Sequence record: ON287375.1
Strand: one strand, 5' to 3'
DNA length: 64,000 nt
How positions within the stretch are numbered: position 1 is the first letter of the stretch; the number at the start of each line of letters is the position of its first letter. This document shows, one piece after another, positions 1 through 10,133 of this stretch. The notes below the pieces were generated by a model, which ran no database searches, was not told the origin of the DNA, and worked only from the letters and a program-made list of their open reading frames with translations. The position numbers were made by a program, and so were the translations under genes.

Positions 1-969
1 GAATGGCGTACAACTCGTACTGCTGCGCTGAAAGAAATCCTCAGTGAGACTTATCGGAATATCAAACGTTGGGCTAACCAGCTTTCTGATAACTTCCAAA
101 CTCGCTGGGTTGAGTTGATGACCACTACTGAAGTTCTGGAGTCTCGTCTAGAATCCCTGGATGCCACTCTAGACCTCGTTACTGGTATCGTTGACGGTAT
201 CACTGATGTTGAGCTTAATGAGCTTATTGCTCGTTCTATCTCCAAGAATGGTCGTGTATTAACAGGTGATGTCGGTAAAGCACTGCAAGGTGAAATCAAC
301 TACATCATGCTGTGTCTGCGCGCTTGGGAGATGGAACAGGTTAAGTTTAAGAACTCTGTTATTCGTTACTTTGGTAATGAGCGTAACAAAGACATCACCG
401 ATATTACTCGTGAGCTTCCTAAGTTATTTGATCAACGTTATAAGTTGGCAGATGACAACCAAGGCATGTTGACTGGTAAGATGACTCGTCCTATGTTGGA
501 TGATCATGCTTTTGAAGGTATTACCTTAGAACCTAGTTGGATCAAGGCAAATATCAAATCAGAAGCTGATGGTACGACTTATGCTGATGCATTGTCTTAT
601 ACTGGATATCGTGTTAAACCTTCGGCTGATAAAGGTCGTGTTGGTAAAACCACTGTTCCGGTAATGCCAATCTCTCAGATGTATGTTGTCCGTGATGTTA
701 TCGCTACCATCATCAACAAACTGAAGACCATGAACCTGGAAGAAGATCCAGTCAACTTTAATCCTGATGACGTTAAAGATGTGTTGAACACACTGAAGAA
801 CTCTGATGGTACTGGTGACGGTCGTGCTTATCAGTATGGTCTTATTACTGCTGACTATCAGTATGATGTTAACCAGTTTAAAACTCAGGTTTCCAACATG
901 CTGACTGTTGAAGCTAGTCATCTGATCACTATGTTGAATCAACACCTGGGATGCTATAATGTCGAGTAA
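1..969 (+). CDS. 5'-truncated virion inner-head protein (phiKZ-like head paralog cluster)
   Basis: Frame 1 is open from base 1 (EWRTTRTAALKEILSETYRNIKRWANQLSDNF...), so the true start lies upstream of the window. It sits in the tandem head-protein cluster; its stop overlaps the next ATG. Confidence 0.55.
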   Translation, partial: EWRTTRTAALKEILSETYRNIKRWANQLSDNFQTRWVELMTTTEVLESRLESLDATLDLVTGIVDGITDVELNELIARSISKNGRVLTGDVGKALQGEINYIMLCLRAWEMEQVKFKNSVIRYFGNERNKDITDITRELPKLFDQRYKLADDNQGMLTGKMTRPMLDDHAFEGITLEPSWIKANIKSEADGTTYADALSYTGYRVKPSADKGRVGKTTVPVMPISQMYVVRDVIATIINKLKTMNLEEDPVNFNPDDVKDVLNTLKNSDGTGDGRAYQYGLITADYQYDVNQFKTQVSNMLTVEASHLITMLNQHLGCYNVE

Positions 970-1921
970 TGACTTCCGTCAAGCTCAACGTGATTTAACC
1001 AAGCATCTGCACACTGTGGAGGGATGTGAATCCCTCCTCGGTGATGCTTATGGTAAAGTTAAAGAAGCTGGAGCTACAATCAGTAAGAGTGTGGCCAACA
1101 AAGCTGTAGACGTTACTGCGTCCGCTCTTAAGCGTGCAAACACCGAACTCGTTAAACTGCTCGGTACTCGCCGACTGTTTATCTCTCATCTCTTTAGTAA
1201 AGCTAAGAAAGATGAACGTGGTCAAATTGAGGTGACCTTCCCTAAGACACTTCTCGCTAAAACTACTCGTGATGGTAATCCCGATGATCTGATTCCATCC
1301 ATCGATGTACTGATCCGTAATGTCGAGTCTATACTTAAATACGGTAAAGATCTCGAAGCGTATTATGCCAAAGAGTTAGAAATTCTCAAAGGCATTACCA
1401 AAATTAAAACCACTGAAGACGCTGCTCGATTAGTTAATCGTTTAGATGAATTACAGTATCCGACAATGAAATTGAAGGAACAAGTTAATTCTATGTCTCA
1501 AAGTGAGTGGTTGCCAGGTGGATATGCGTTTGGTTTCAATCATGATACTGGTCTTCTGACCATTGTTGATGATAATGAATTCTCAACGACTGAAGTCGAA
1601 GATACTCTGACAGTAGCTGACGTTAAGACTCTGCTGACTAAGTTAAATACTTTGACATCACTTTACCAAGACGCCTCTAAGTTATCTGATAGTTATGTGA
1701 ATCATTTAAAAACCTTCAATACTGTGGTGGTTAAATCATTCCAACATTTGGACTCTCTTAAAGGTGAGATTTCAACTAGTTTGTTGAGCGATCTCAAAGA
1801 CCGTTTGAATGGGGACCAACTAGTCTTTTCATTCTTTGTCGGATCTTTGCCAAAGGTAATGGTTCGCCTCGACGATTATGTGGATACATTGTCGTCCTAC
1901 TTAAGTAAACAATTTAATTAA
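959..1921 (+). CDS. putative inner-head/ejection protein
   Basis: 320 aa. The early G-C-E-S site is followed by the amphipathic helix typical of phiKZ-like head paralogs; cluster context. Confidence 0.55.
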   Translation: MSSNDFRQAQRDLTKHLHTVEGCESLLGDAYGKVKEAGATISKSVANKAVDVTASALKRANTELVKLLGTRRLFISHLFSKAKKDERGQIEVTFPKTLLAKTTRDGNPDDLIPSIDVLIRNVESILKYGKDLEAYYAKELEILKGITKIKTTEDAARLVNRLDELQYPTMKLKEQVNSMSQSEWLPGGYAFGFNHDTGLLTIVDDNEFSTTEVEDTLTVADVKTLLTKLNTLTSLYQDASKLSDSYVNHLKTFNTVVVKSFQHLDSLKGEISTSLLSDLKDRLNGDQLVFSFFVGSLPKVMVRLDDYVDTLSSYLSKQFN

Positions 1922-1959
1922 ATCGTTTTAACTCTTTCTATAGAAAAAGGTATTGAATT

Positions 1960-3186
1960 ATGTCTCTGAAGAACGTATTCGCTTCTATCGTTGGTCAAGA
2001 ATCTGCAGATCTGGATCCGGCACTGGCTGGCATCGTTGAAGTAACTGCTGAAGAAGCAGCAGAAGCTGTGATCGATAAAGAACTGGCTGAAGCAGACAAA
2101 TGCATCGCTGAACACGATCACGAAATCGAGAAGCATGAAGATGCTATCGAAGCTATCGAAGAAAAAGTTGAAGAACTGGAAGAAATCGTTGACGGTCTGG
2201 AATCTCAGATGTCTGGCGCTACTCCGTTCAACGCTGGTCTGTTCGCTCACCAGTACGCTCAAGGTGCTCGCATCGTAGCTAAAATGGGTGCTCCAGTTGA
2301 ACTGCACGGTGCTGAGTCCTACGCTGACGCTTCTACCGCTAACCTGAACGCCCTGGTTGGTGTTGAGTCCATGAAAGAAACTGCTGGTAAAGCTGCTGCA
2401 GCTGCGAAGAAATTCTTCGTTGAACTGTACAACGGCTTCATCGCTGTTATCACTGGTCTGTTCAACCGCTTCAAAGGCATCGAGAAGAAAGCTGCTAACG
2501 TTAAAGCTCAGGTTGCTGGCAAAGATGCTGCTGCAATCAAAGGCGAAGTTACCCGTACTGGTAACATGCGTTGGTTGGATGCTAACGGTCACGCTCCTAA
2601 AGTTGCTGACTCTATCGTTGAAGCTGGTAACACCCTGGCTGCAACCATGGACACCATCAACGCAGGTGGCGTAGTAGACGGTATCGATCGTGTTATCGAT
2701 AAACTGGCTAAGATGGGTACTAAGAAAGTAAACGGCGACGTCGTTGAAATCCACATCAATGGTGGCGTAGTTGCAATCCACGCTCCTAAAGATGATGCTG
2801 ATCTGCCTAAAGTTGCTTTCACTGTTAAAGCAGCAGCTGGCGAAGCTGGTAAAGGCGAGAAACTGGGTAAACCAGCTCTGGAAGCAATCTGTAATGAAGT
2901 TGCTAAAGACGCTAAGAAACTGCAGATCGCTAAATTCGATAGCCGTGCTCTGACCGCTTCCCGCGACAAAGCTATCGCTCAGATGGAAAAACGTGGCGCT
3001 GAGAAAGACGAAGACCGTAAAAACGTTAAGTCTGGCGTTGCAGCTATTAAGAACGGCCACCGTGCTGGTATGAAACTGATCCGTGGTGCATTCGGCCTGG
3101 GCGGTGACGTACTGGATGGTCAGCTGGCATTCGTTAAAGCTCACCTGGGTGGTTCTGCACCTAAAGAAGAAAAAGAAGAGAAGTAA
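1960..3186 (+). CDS. abundant inner-body/head protein (phiKZ gp93/gp162-like paralog family)
   Basis: 408 aa with an acidic N-terminal propeptide, three G-x-E-S sites (GLES, GAES, GVES), an Ala/Lys-rich mature part and very strong high-expression codon bias. Followed by a TTCG hairpin. Confidence 0.7.
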   Translation: MSLKNVFASIVGQESADLDPALAGIVEVTAEEAAEAVIDKELAEADKCIAEHDHEIEKHEDAIEAIEEKVEELEEIVDGLESQMSGATPFNAGLFAHQYAQGARIVAKMGAPVELHGAESYADASTANLNALVGVESMKETAGKAAAAAKKFFVELYNGFIAVITGLFNRFKGIEKKAANVKAQVAGKDAAAIKGEVTRTGNMRWLDANGHAPKVADSIVEAGNTLAATMDTINAGGVVDGIDRVIDKLAKMGTKKVNGDVVEIHINGGVVAIHAPKDDADLPKVAFTVKAAAGEAGKGEKLGKPALEAICNEVAKDAKKLQIAKFDSRALTASRDKAIAQMEKRGAEKDEDRKNVKSGVAAIKNGHRAGMKLIRGAFGLGGDVLDGQLAFVKAHLGGSAPKEEKEEK

Positions 3187-3216
3187 TTCTTGATCTTTAA
3201 AGCATAATGCTTAATG

Positions 3217-3244
3217 AGAGTAGGAGCCTTCGGGCTCCTACTCT
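3217..3244 (+). terminator. intrinsic terminator-like hairpin with TATG tail
   Basis: AGAGTAGGAGCC-TTCG-GGCTCCTACTCT, then TATATGCTTGTTTATTTT. Confidence 0.8.
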
Positions 3245-3303
3245 TATATGCTTGTTTATTTTGTTTTTAAGAATACTTTGATCTCACATAGGAGTTATTC
3301 TAA

Positions 3304-4362
3304 ATGACACAAGTTCTTCCTAAACCGAACGCTCCAAAAGAGTCGACGGATTATATTTATGGTAAGCGCTTAGCCAAGTACGAAGATCGCATGAACTTCT
3401 TTCTTAATGAGAAAGTAGATATCGATAAGACCAACGTCAAAGATATTGATGCTGGTACTGTAGATGGCCTGGAAAACCTTGTACAACGTTTTACCAGTTA
3501 TGGTAAACCGACATTCATCCAAGTAGATGAAGATGGCATGGTAGCCGGTACAGAAGCTTCTGGTAAAGCTAAGAAGTTTATTGATATCATTATTCAAGCA
3601 GCTAAGGATGCGGTAGAGTTTATTCTTAACTTTATTAACAACCGTATTGCTCGTTTGGATGTTCGTGCTCATCGTACCGGACTAGAGCGTAAACGTTCGG
3701 GTATCAAAGATGGCGAGGCTAAGTATCCAGCCAGTATCCGTCGTTTGGTACTTCCACAAGTAACCGGTACTAACCCTAACTGGGTTCCTCAGTCTTTAGA
3801 CAAAGTTCTTGATCTCTATAAGAATTCTGTTAAAGGTTACAAATATCTGAGTGGTCGTATTGATAAGTTTGAAGGTGATCTTCATTCAACCATCAAGGAA
3901 TCTGTTAAAGGGTTCTCTGACGCTATGGGAATGTCATACAGCGCTGGTAACTACCAGACCGATACATTACCAGGTGTGAGACAACTGCTTGTATCTGCAC
4001 CAGCTCAAGAAGAACCAACTAAGATAGATGTTTACTTCAACACGGTTAATGTTGCAGTTAAACTTCCTTCTACTACATTCCACCCAACAAGTAACCTGTT
4101 GGATAGCACTCTGGATAAAGTTAATTCGGTCATCAAAGAAATCCGTTCTAACCAATCTACTATGTCCCAGCTTTCTCGTAACTTTGAAAAGACAGTTCGT
4201 AAGTTCGAGAATAGTAAAACAGAAAAGATTGATTCAGAAGAACGTAAGTATTACGAATGGCTTATCCGGTTTAACAAACGAATGATGAATACTGTTATTC
4301 AGTACACCATGTCTGAACTGGATGCGGCAATTGATTTCGTTAATGCAGGAATCGATAAATGA
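3304..4362 (+). CDS. putative inner-head protein paralog
   Basis: 352 aa with a GGAG SD. GLEN and GTEA sites precede the amphipathic helix (KKFIDIIIQAAKDAVEFILNF). Confidence 0.6.
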   Translation: MTQVLPKPNAPKESTDYIYGKRLAKYEDRMNFFLNEKVDIDKTNVKDIDAGTVDGLENLVQRFTSYGKPTFIQVDEDGMVAGTEASGKAKKFIDIIIQAAKDAVEFILNFINNRIARLDVRAHRTGLERKRSGIKDGEAKYPASIRRLVLPQVTGTNPNWVPQSLDKVLDLYKNSVKGYKYLSGRIDKFEGDLHSTIKESVKGFSDAMGMSYSAGNYQTDTLPGVRQLLVSAPAQEEPTKIDVYFNTVNVAVKLPSTTFHPTSNLLDSTLDKVNSVIKEIRSNQSTMSQLSRNFEKTVRKFENSKTEKIDSEERKYYEWLIRFNKRMMNTVIQYTMSELDAAIDFVNAGIDK

Positions 4363-4871
4363 CAGTTGACGTAATTTCCATTAGTCGTGAAGATATAAGA
4401 AACTACGCGGTTGACTTATATGAAACGGCTAATGGTTGTCGTGCTACTGTTGATGTCAGTTCCTTAGAACCAGAAAGAATCTGTGAAACCACAACTATGC
4501 TTCAAAATCCTACCACTAAATCAGGTGTTTTGATCAAGAAGATAAACATTGCAGACCTATTCCCTAATACTATTGATATAACGCCCTACAAAGCTCCACA
4601 GGGCGTTTTAACTATTATGGAAGGCGATGATGCATCTTCTTTCAATGAGAAGCATAGTAGACGTCTAGTGAGTCCAGAGATGGATGTTCTTAAGTCTCAA
4701 ACACCTTTTGCTGTTAGGGATGTTAAAGACTTTCTTTTGTTCTGTGGTGTTTACGGTTTCTGGGAACTTGATATTGGTAGTGTGGCATTAGTCCGCCATA
4801 ATGGTAACTTGAGAATTCAAGTCAACCAAGGTAATAAACTATTTTGCGGTTCTATAGAGGTCATCGCATGA
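4359..4871 (+). CDS. putative virion structural protein (small beta-rich family)
   Basis: 170 aa; ATGA overlap with the upstream stop. The C-terminal NKLFCGSIEV resembles motifs in the 6286 and 29345 ORFs. Confidence 0.45.
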   Translation: MTVDVISISREDIRNYAVDLYETANGCRATVDVSSLEPERICETTTMLQNPTTKSGVLIKKINIADLFPNTIDITPYKAPQGVLTIMEGDDASSFNEKHSRRLVSPEMDVLKSQTPFAVRDVKDFLLFCGVYGFWELDIGSVALVRHNGNLRIQVNQGNKLFCGSIEVIA

Positions 4872-5476
4872 TCTATGATAACCAAGATCGGTACTTGCTT
4901 CTTAAGCAGTTGCTTGTAACGATTTGTTTAGTCGCCAAAAAGGCTAATCTAAATGTTAATGGTTCTCCACTTACACTGGAAGAACAACAAGGTAAAGTGA
5001 TCCAACTCATTACTGAGATCCAAGATAACTTTACGATCCCATATGGCTTACTCCGTGGTGGGTCGATCTACCTGTACCTCGATCCAATCTGTAATCATCT
5101 AAGTGGGTTATCTTCCGGTAAGCTTCCTACCGACTGCTGGGAAAATGATTACATCATTAAACTCGAAGACCGTGATGCATTGGCTGACTGTATCCTTCAC
5201 TATCCTCTTACTGAAGAGTATGTGCAAGAACATGCAGAAAACCTGAGAGATGGAAACTTCTATATCGATGGTCGTGAACGAGCTGGTGAACTGATAGCTA
5301 AAACTGAACAAGCACTAACTGCTATTCGTCGTTGGGCTGAAGGTCGTGAAGGTATGACTTTAGAGCAAGCTATCGTTCTTTGTAATGGTGTTGAGTTGGT
5401 GGAGTGGATCTTTAACTTTACTAACGATGTGAAAGGAGTTGAGAATGGACCAGACTCAGACATCCCTGGATGCTGA
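4868..5476 (+). CDS. hypothetical protein (virion cluster)
   Basis: Start reassigned to ATG 4868 (ATGA overlap with the previous stop); long ORF. Confidence 0.55.
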   Translation: MIYDNQDRYLLLKQLLVTICLVAKKANLNVNGSPLTLEEQQGKVIQLITEIQDNFTIPYGLLRGGSIYLYLDPICNHLSGLSSGKLPTDCWENDYIIKLEDRDALADCILHYPLTEEYVQEHAENLRDGNFYIDGRERAGELIAKTEQALTAIRRWAEGREGMTLEQAIVLCNGVELVEWIFNFTNDVKGVENGPDSDIPGC

Positions 5477-6284
5477 TTTCGATTACCTAGACTGGTGCTA
5501 TGGTGGTATGGAGTCTCTGCTCAATAATCATACTCAAGCTGACTTTAAAGCAATGATGGGTGGAGAGTCCTATTACTGCTTACATCTTGATGCTAGTAAT
5601 TATGCTGGCATGGAAGATAAGTTTGCTGATGGTATTAAGAAAGCAGCTAGAACTCTGTATGACAATATCACCAACATGCTAAAGCGTATTCGTGAATACT
5701 TCTTTGGTGACGGCGAAAAGGCCGCTGATCAAGCACAGGCTAATGCTGAAGCCACTATCGGTGCTCTGATGGAAATGCGTGGTGATACACCTATTCCTGA
5801 AGACTCTCCGGCCCGTAATCCTGATACCTACATTAAACCTTTAGAAGGTGGCGTCGAGTTTAATGAACTTAAAGATGAGAACACCGCTTTAGGTACTGCC
5901 ATCGATAAAGTTAAATCAGCAGCTATGAAAGTACGTGATGCAGCCACTGTTGCACAATTACGTAGCGTTTATACTGAGATTGGTAAAGCAGCTACTGTTG
6001 GTAACAAGGTGGTAACCGATACTTTACGTAAAACCTTAGGTGCTGCTGAACAAGCTTCTCGCAAACTTCAGAATGCTAAAATTCCTAAAGACGGGGATAC
6101 TGCAGAAGTTAAGTCAGCTATCAAAGCTGAGAATGCTGAAGTGGTTGCAGAGGCAAAAGAAGAAACCAAAAAGGCTAGACTGGTTGGCGGCGTCCGCAAT
6201 AAGTTTGTGGGTGCTTTAAATGCAATTAGCCGTACAGCTAAAGGTGTTAAAGAAAAACCAGTAGAACCAAAGTTCAAGGGTTAA
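5445..6284 (+). CDS. putative inner-head protein paralog
   Basis: AAGGAG SD 6 nt before ATG 5445. GMES and GMED sites precede an amphipathic helix; Ala/Lys-rich. Confidence 0.6.
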   Translation: MDQTQTSLDADFDYLDWCYGGMESLLNNHTQADFKAMMGGESYYCLHLDASNYAGMEDKFADGIKKAARTLYDNITNMLKRIREYFFGDGEKAADQAQANAEATIGALMEMRGDTPIPEDSPARNPDTYIKPLEGGVEFNELKDENTALGTAIDKVKSAAMKVRDAATVAQLRSVYTEIGKAATVGNKVVTDTLRKTLGAAEQASRKLQNAKIPKDGDTAEVKSAIKAENAEVVAEAKEETKKARLVGGVRNKFVGALNAISRTAKGVKEKPVEPKFKG

Positions 6285-6285
6285 T

Positions 6286-6993
6286 ATGACTTACTCATTT
6301 CAAGATGAGGTTATTAAGAGTCTACCTGTAGGGCATCGGTTTATTAGGATGGTCTCTGGTTCGCCAACTACCACGATCGTACACACTGTTAAAGAAGCAG
6401 TGAAGTACCAACTGGAAATGGCCAAAGTGGATATAGGAAGTTACTTTAACAAGATACCGACTATTCCACTGCCAGAGAACAGCACCTATAATGATCTCTA
6501 TGACGTCCTTAGCAAACGTTATGGTCTGGGTCTTCAGAAGAACGTGGATTATTATAACAGCGCAATCTTGGGCTTTACAGGAGACACTACTTATGTAGAA
6601 CTTCCTGTTAGTGACTCTTGTTGCGCTTTCCACGGTAATCTTCGTTGTTATATTGTCAAACACAATCTATCTAACGGGACCCAATCCCCAATAAGAGATT
6701 TAACTGATGTTGACGGTAGTCCTTATCTCAACAAGTTAAAAGCTAAATCTTATTTCATGGGTAAATTAATTTGTCTTGCCAATACTCCTTCCATTGGAGA
6801 TACATTATCTTCAGATGTTATTGAGTTATTGGTCTCTGACATGGACAAAGAAACTTACCCAGGGGCTTCTGATGGATATCGTTATATTCTTTCAGATGCT
6901 AAAGTAATTGATCTTTTTAATGATGGAATCTCTGACATTATTCTTATTGAAACTTATCAAGGTTTAATCACTGTTCGTTATGTTCTTAAATAA
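6286..6993 (+). CDS. putative virion structural protein
   Basis: 235 aa; contains the SCCAFHGNL motif shared with other small structural ORFs here. Confidence 0.45.
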   Translation: MTYSFQDEVIKSLPVGHRFIRMVSGSPTTTIVHTVKEAVKYQLEMAKVDIGSYFNKIPTIPLPENSTYNDLYDVLSKRYGLGLQKNVDYYNSAILGFTGDTTYVELPVSDSCCAFHGNLRCYIVKHNLSNGTQSPIRDLTDVDGSPYLNKLKAKSYFMGKLICLANTPSIGDTLSSDVIELLVSDMDKETYPGASDGYRYILSDAKVIDLFNDGISDIILIETYQGLITVRYVLK

Positions 6994-7200
6994 AAACGAT
7001 GGTATTGATCTTGAGACTGATACTGCGAGAGTGGTGTTAGTTAGGTTGAGTTAGATGTGTTGCGGAGAAACCGAGTGAGGGGAAAGGGGATTTATTATAT
7101 ACAGCAGAGCGTAGCGATATCTCTTTCCTATCCTTTCTCTTTTAGTTAGATTAATTACTAAGAGAAAAGAAAACGATTAATACTTAAAGTTTAACAAACT

Positions 7201-7230
7201 CCTCTTACTCCTCAAAAAGGGAGTAAGAGG
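7201..7230. terminator. hairpin
   Basis: CCTCTTACTCC-loop-GGAGTAAGAGG (11-bp perfect stem); TATG at 7240-7243. Confidence 0.6.
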
Positions 7231-7266
7231 GTTAAATGTTATGATTGTTCTAGAGAGGAATTGATT

Positions 7267-8853
7267 ATGTTTAAAGTAAAGATTCCTTCCTTTGAGACTT
7301 ACAAGATAGCAACAAGACCTGTTGTCTTGACTTCACTCAAACAAATGCTTGAGTATTTCGATATTGATTTGAATCAGAAGATCTATTTCAATGGCGAAGC
7401 AGAAGTATCTAAACTCTTAGGTGGGGAGTACAACGATAAACGTGGTGGTGACTTAAAGACAGATGTGGGTTATGATAACAAAATCTTTGTTGAACTAGAA
7501 CGAGATATTGGTGATTATAACAATGAACTAGACGGGAATACAACGGATGACACGATTCCACCTGTCTGGTTTGAACCAATCACTAAGTCTAGAATCACAC
7601 CTAAGTTTAGCACACGCATTTATCGTATCACTGTTAATAAGTACATGAAAGACCGTGTTACGGCGGAACGGTACTTGGAGAACATCAGAGCTAAGACCTT
7701 TGGTGTCAACTTCAACAGCTTGTTTGATATGGAAACCCATTACCCGGTTACCTATCCTGTTCTTCAGTGTTTCAAAGAGATCTTCGATAGACTCATTGTA
7801 GCTAAGCAAGTTCCTGAAGATACTAACTTCATTGACTGGATGTTAAAGAACTCAGTTATTCCATCAGGTATCCTGAGAAACATTATTGGTAACAACCCGG
7901 TGTTTGCTTTCAAGCAGTGCATCGAACAGATTGGAATCAATATGGAAAACCCCAATATGGCTACTGTAACAAGTGGCGCTTATATTGGTAAGTTTGAAGT
8001 AAGTTTCCAATATTGGTTCTATTGGTCTGAACATAAGAACTGGATCTTTGAGTATCCGCTTCAAGTTTACCAGCAACCAATGCCTGTTGAATACATGCCA
8101 GAAGTATTTGAGCAGAACATCCAATCTAACACCAACAGAGGGTTCTTTGAATCTTCAGCAGCTAAGGCTATTTGGGGTAGATCGGAAATCATGCCTCTTT
8201 ATCACGTACTACCTGATTTTGATAACTGGAGACCAGAACCAACCAAATGGATCTCTCCTCAGTTACAGATAGTTACTAATGTTGAAGATGTGCAAGAACA
8301 AGTTCTTATCAACATCAAAGATATCTATGGGTTTGATTGGGATCCAACATTTATCCATTATATCATGAAGTACCATGACCGAGTAACTAACCGCCATAAC
8401 AGTCCACTTCAATTCAAAGTTTATTCTGATGAAACAGAAGTTCTGAATAGTCAGATTAAGTTGAGAGAAAACGGTGACTTAGTTATTACTCGTCCGCCAA
8501 GAATGTCTAGCATCTATCGGGTTACCTTTAACTTAGATTATGCTTTACGTTTATACAGTGAAATCTGTATCAAAGATTTCCTAGATGATCCTGACTATAT
8601 GAGATGGATTATTGGTATCCTGTATCCTCACTGGCACATCCGTGATGATTGGGGTAATGGTGGGATTGATGATTGGTGGGAAATCCATAATGGTATTGAT
8701 GTAGGTGATGGTGATGAAATAGACTTCTATCTACCTTACGGTATGATGGGTCTTACTATCATTGCCCATAATTCAGAAACCTATCAGAAATACATATCAC
8801 TTAAAGAAAGAGGCATTATTAATGGCGCAGACTATTATTGGCCGACAACCTGA
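7267..8853 (+). CDS. conserved phiKZ-like virion structural protein (probable baseplate)
   Basis: About 528 aa with a GAGAGGA SD before ATG 7267. First gene of a tightly packed structural operon between the head cluster and the helicase, as in phiKZ-like synteny. Confidence 0.5.
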   Translation: MFKVKIPSFETYKIATRPVVLTSLKQMLEYFDIDLNQKIYFNGEAEVSKLLGGEYNDKRGGDLKTDVGYDNKIFVELERDIGDYNNELDGNTTDDTIPPVWFEPITKSRITPKFSTRIYRITVNKYMKDRVTAERYLENIRAKTFGVNFNSLFDMETHYPVTYPVLQCFKEIFDRLIVAKQVPEDTNFIDWMLKNSVIPSGILRNIIGNNPVFAFKQCIEQIGINMENPNMATVTSGAYIGKFEVSFQYWFYWSEHKNWIFEYPLQVYQQPMPVEYMPEVFEQNIQSNTNRGFFESSAAKAIWGRSEIMPLYHVLPDFDNWRPEPTKWISPQLQIVTNVEDVQEQVLINIKDIYGFDWDPTFIHYIMKYHDRVTNRHNSPLQFKVYSDETEVLNSQIKLRENGDLVITRPPRMSSIYRVTFNLDYALRLYSEICIKDFLDDPDYMRWIIGILYPHWHIRDDWGNGGIDDWWEIHNGIDVGDGDEIDFYLPYGMMGLTIIAHNSETYQKYISLKERGIINGADYYWPTT

Positions 8854-10123
8854 GAAACCTAAAGAGGAAGTAGCATTACCTAAGTCGTATGAGAATACGA
8901 TCATTGAGTCTCGCTATATTCCTCATACCAGTTTACTCTCGTTTGTTCCTGGCATGCCAACTAGAACGATCTACTACCGTCAGTCATTAGGTCGTGATGA
9001 AGAACAACAAGGATTCGAACCTGAATCAATCCAAACCTATTCTTCTTATAAGCGTGTCCATAACCTGATCATCAAGATCGACAATGGTAACGGTAACTAC
9101 AACTTCGATCCTGTTAATGGTCAAGGTAGTAACCAGCTTACTGGGTATGTTCTGTTTGACTTGACACCAAACAAAGGTGACTTGTTTGTTAAAGATATTG
9201 GCGATGGTAAAGCCGGGTTATATGTTGTAACTCAACAGCCTGAACTGAGAACTATCCACGCTGATAAATGTTATTATCTTGAAGCTGAACTGACAGCGAT
9301 AATGACCAATGAAATACAGCTGAACTTGGACCAGAAAGTTATTGAAGAACTTTACTACTCCAAAGACACAGCTGTAGACGGCGGTAACGCAGTACTGACT
9401 AAGAATGATTATAATCTCAATAAGAAGCTCTATGATTTTGAGTTTGCTATTGTGGATGATATTCTTGCCAACCATTACTTTATGGATGAAGATACAATCA
9501 TTATCCCTAATGAAAAGGACGATCGTCTGTACGATCCATACCTGGCAAAATTCTTAAGTTACGTATTCCCACAGAAAGTTGTCGGTGCACGTAGAAAGAT
9601 CAGACTGCTGGATCCTAACTACTATGTTGATAGTCGCAGAGCTAACCAACCTTTAACAGTTTGGGATATGTTCTATCGCAATGACTTCAGCATGCCTAAA
9701 CGCTACGAACAAAAGTATTGGACTCACGATCGTCGAGACATGTTAAACACCCGTATGTACGGTAACGTGTATTTCTCCAAGATGGATAGAATGATCAACG
9801 TATTTGAGGACTCGGCTAAACAAGGCCCTTACTCATTTACTGGTGCATTACTTCCTAACTTAGTCCCACCTGGTTATAATGGACCACGAACTCCTGGCGA
9901 AGCTTACAGTTATTTCTTCTCCGATGGGTTCTATGATGGTGCAGGTAATGAGACTGAGCAGTTTGTCTGGAAAATGTTTAGAGATAAAACCATCGATAAA
10001 CATGGGCTAGTACAAGTACTTGAGAAATACTGGACTCTGGACGATAAGACCAAACTTTATATGTCGGGCATTTATGTTGGTGCAATCAAGCAAGCCTTGA
10101 TCACTAATAGCAGCTACACATAA
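8822..10123 (+). CDS. conserved phiKZ-like virion structural protein (probable baseplate)
   Basis: Start reassigned to ATG 8822 (AGAGG SD, MAQTIIGRQ); operon context. Confidence 0.5.
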   Translation: MAQTIIGRQPEKPKEEVALPKSYENTIIESRYIPHTSLLSFVPGMPTRTIYYRQSLGRDEEQQGFEPESIQTYSSYKRVHNLIIKIDNGNGNYNFDPVNGQGSNQLTGYVLFDLTPNKGDLFVKDIGDGKAGLYVVTQQPELRTIHADKCYYLEAELTAIMTNEIQLNLDQKVIEELYYSKDTAVDGGNAVLTKNDYNLNKKLYDFEFAIVDDILANHYFMDEDTIIIPNEKDDRLYDPYLAKFLSYVFPQKVVGARRKIRLLDPNYYVDSRRANQPLTVWDMFYRNDFSMPKRYEQKYWTHDRRDMLNTRMYGNVYFSKMDRMINVFEDSAKQGPYSFTGALLPNLVPPGYNGPRTPGEAYSYFFSDGFYDGAGNETEQFVWKMFRDKTIDKHGLVQVLEKYWTLDDKTKLYMSGIYVGAIKQALITNSSYT

Positions 10124-10133
10124 AGGTAAAATT

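Noticed and set aside
1918-3144. 408-aa antisense ORF
   Set aside because: Mirror of a highly codon-biased sense gene; the composition (F/S/V-rich) is typical of shadow ORFs and there is no SD.
8762-8821. Long overlap suggesting a frameshift between the 7267 and 8762 ORFs
   Set aside because: An SD-supported ATG at 8822 explains it as an ordinary 32-nt overlap.
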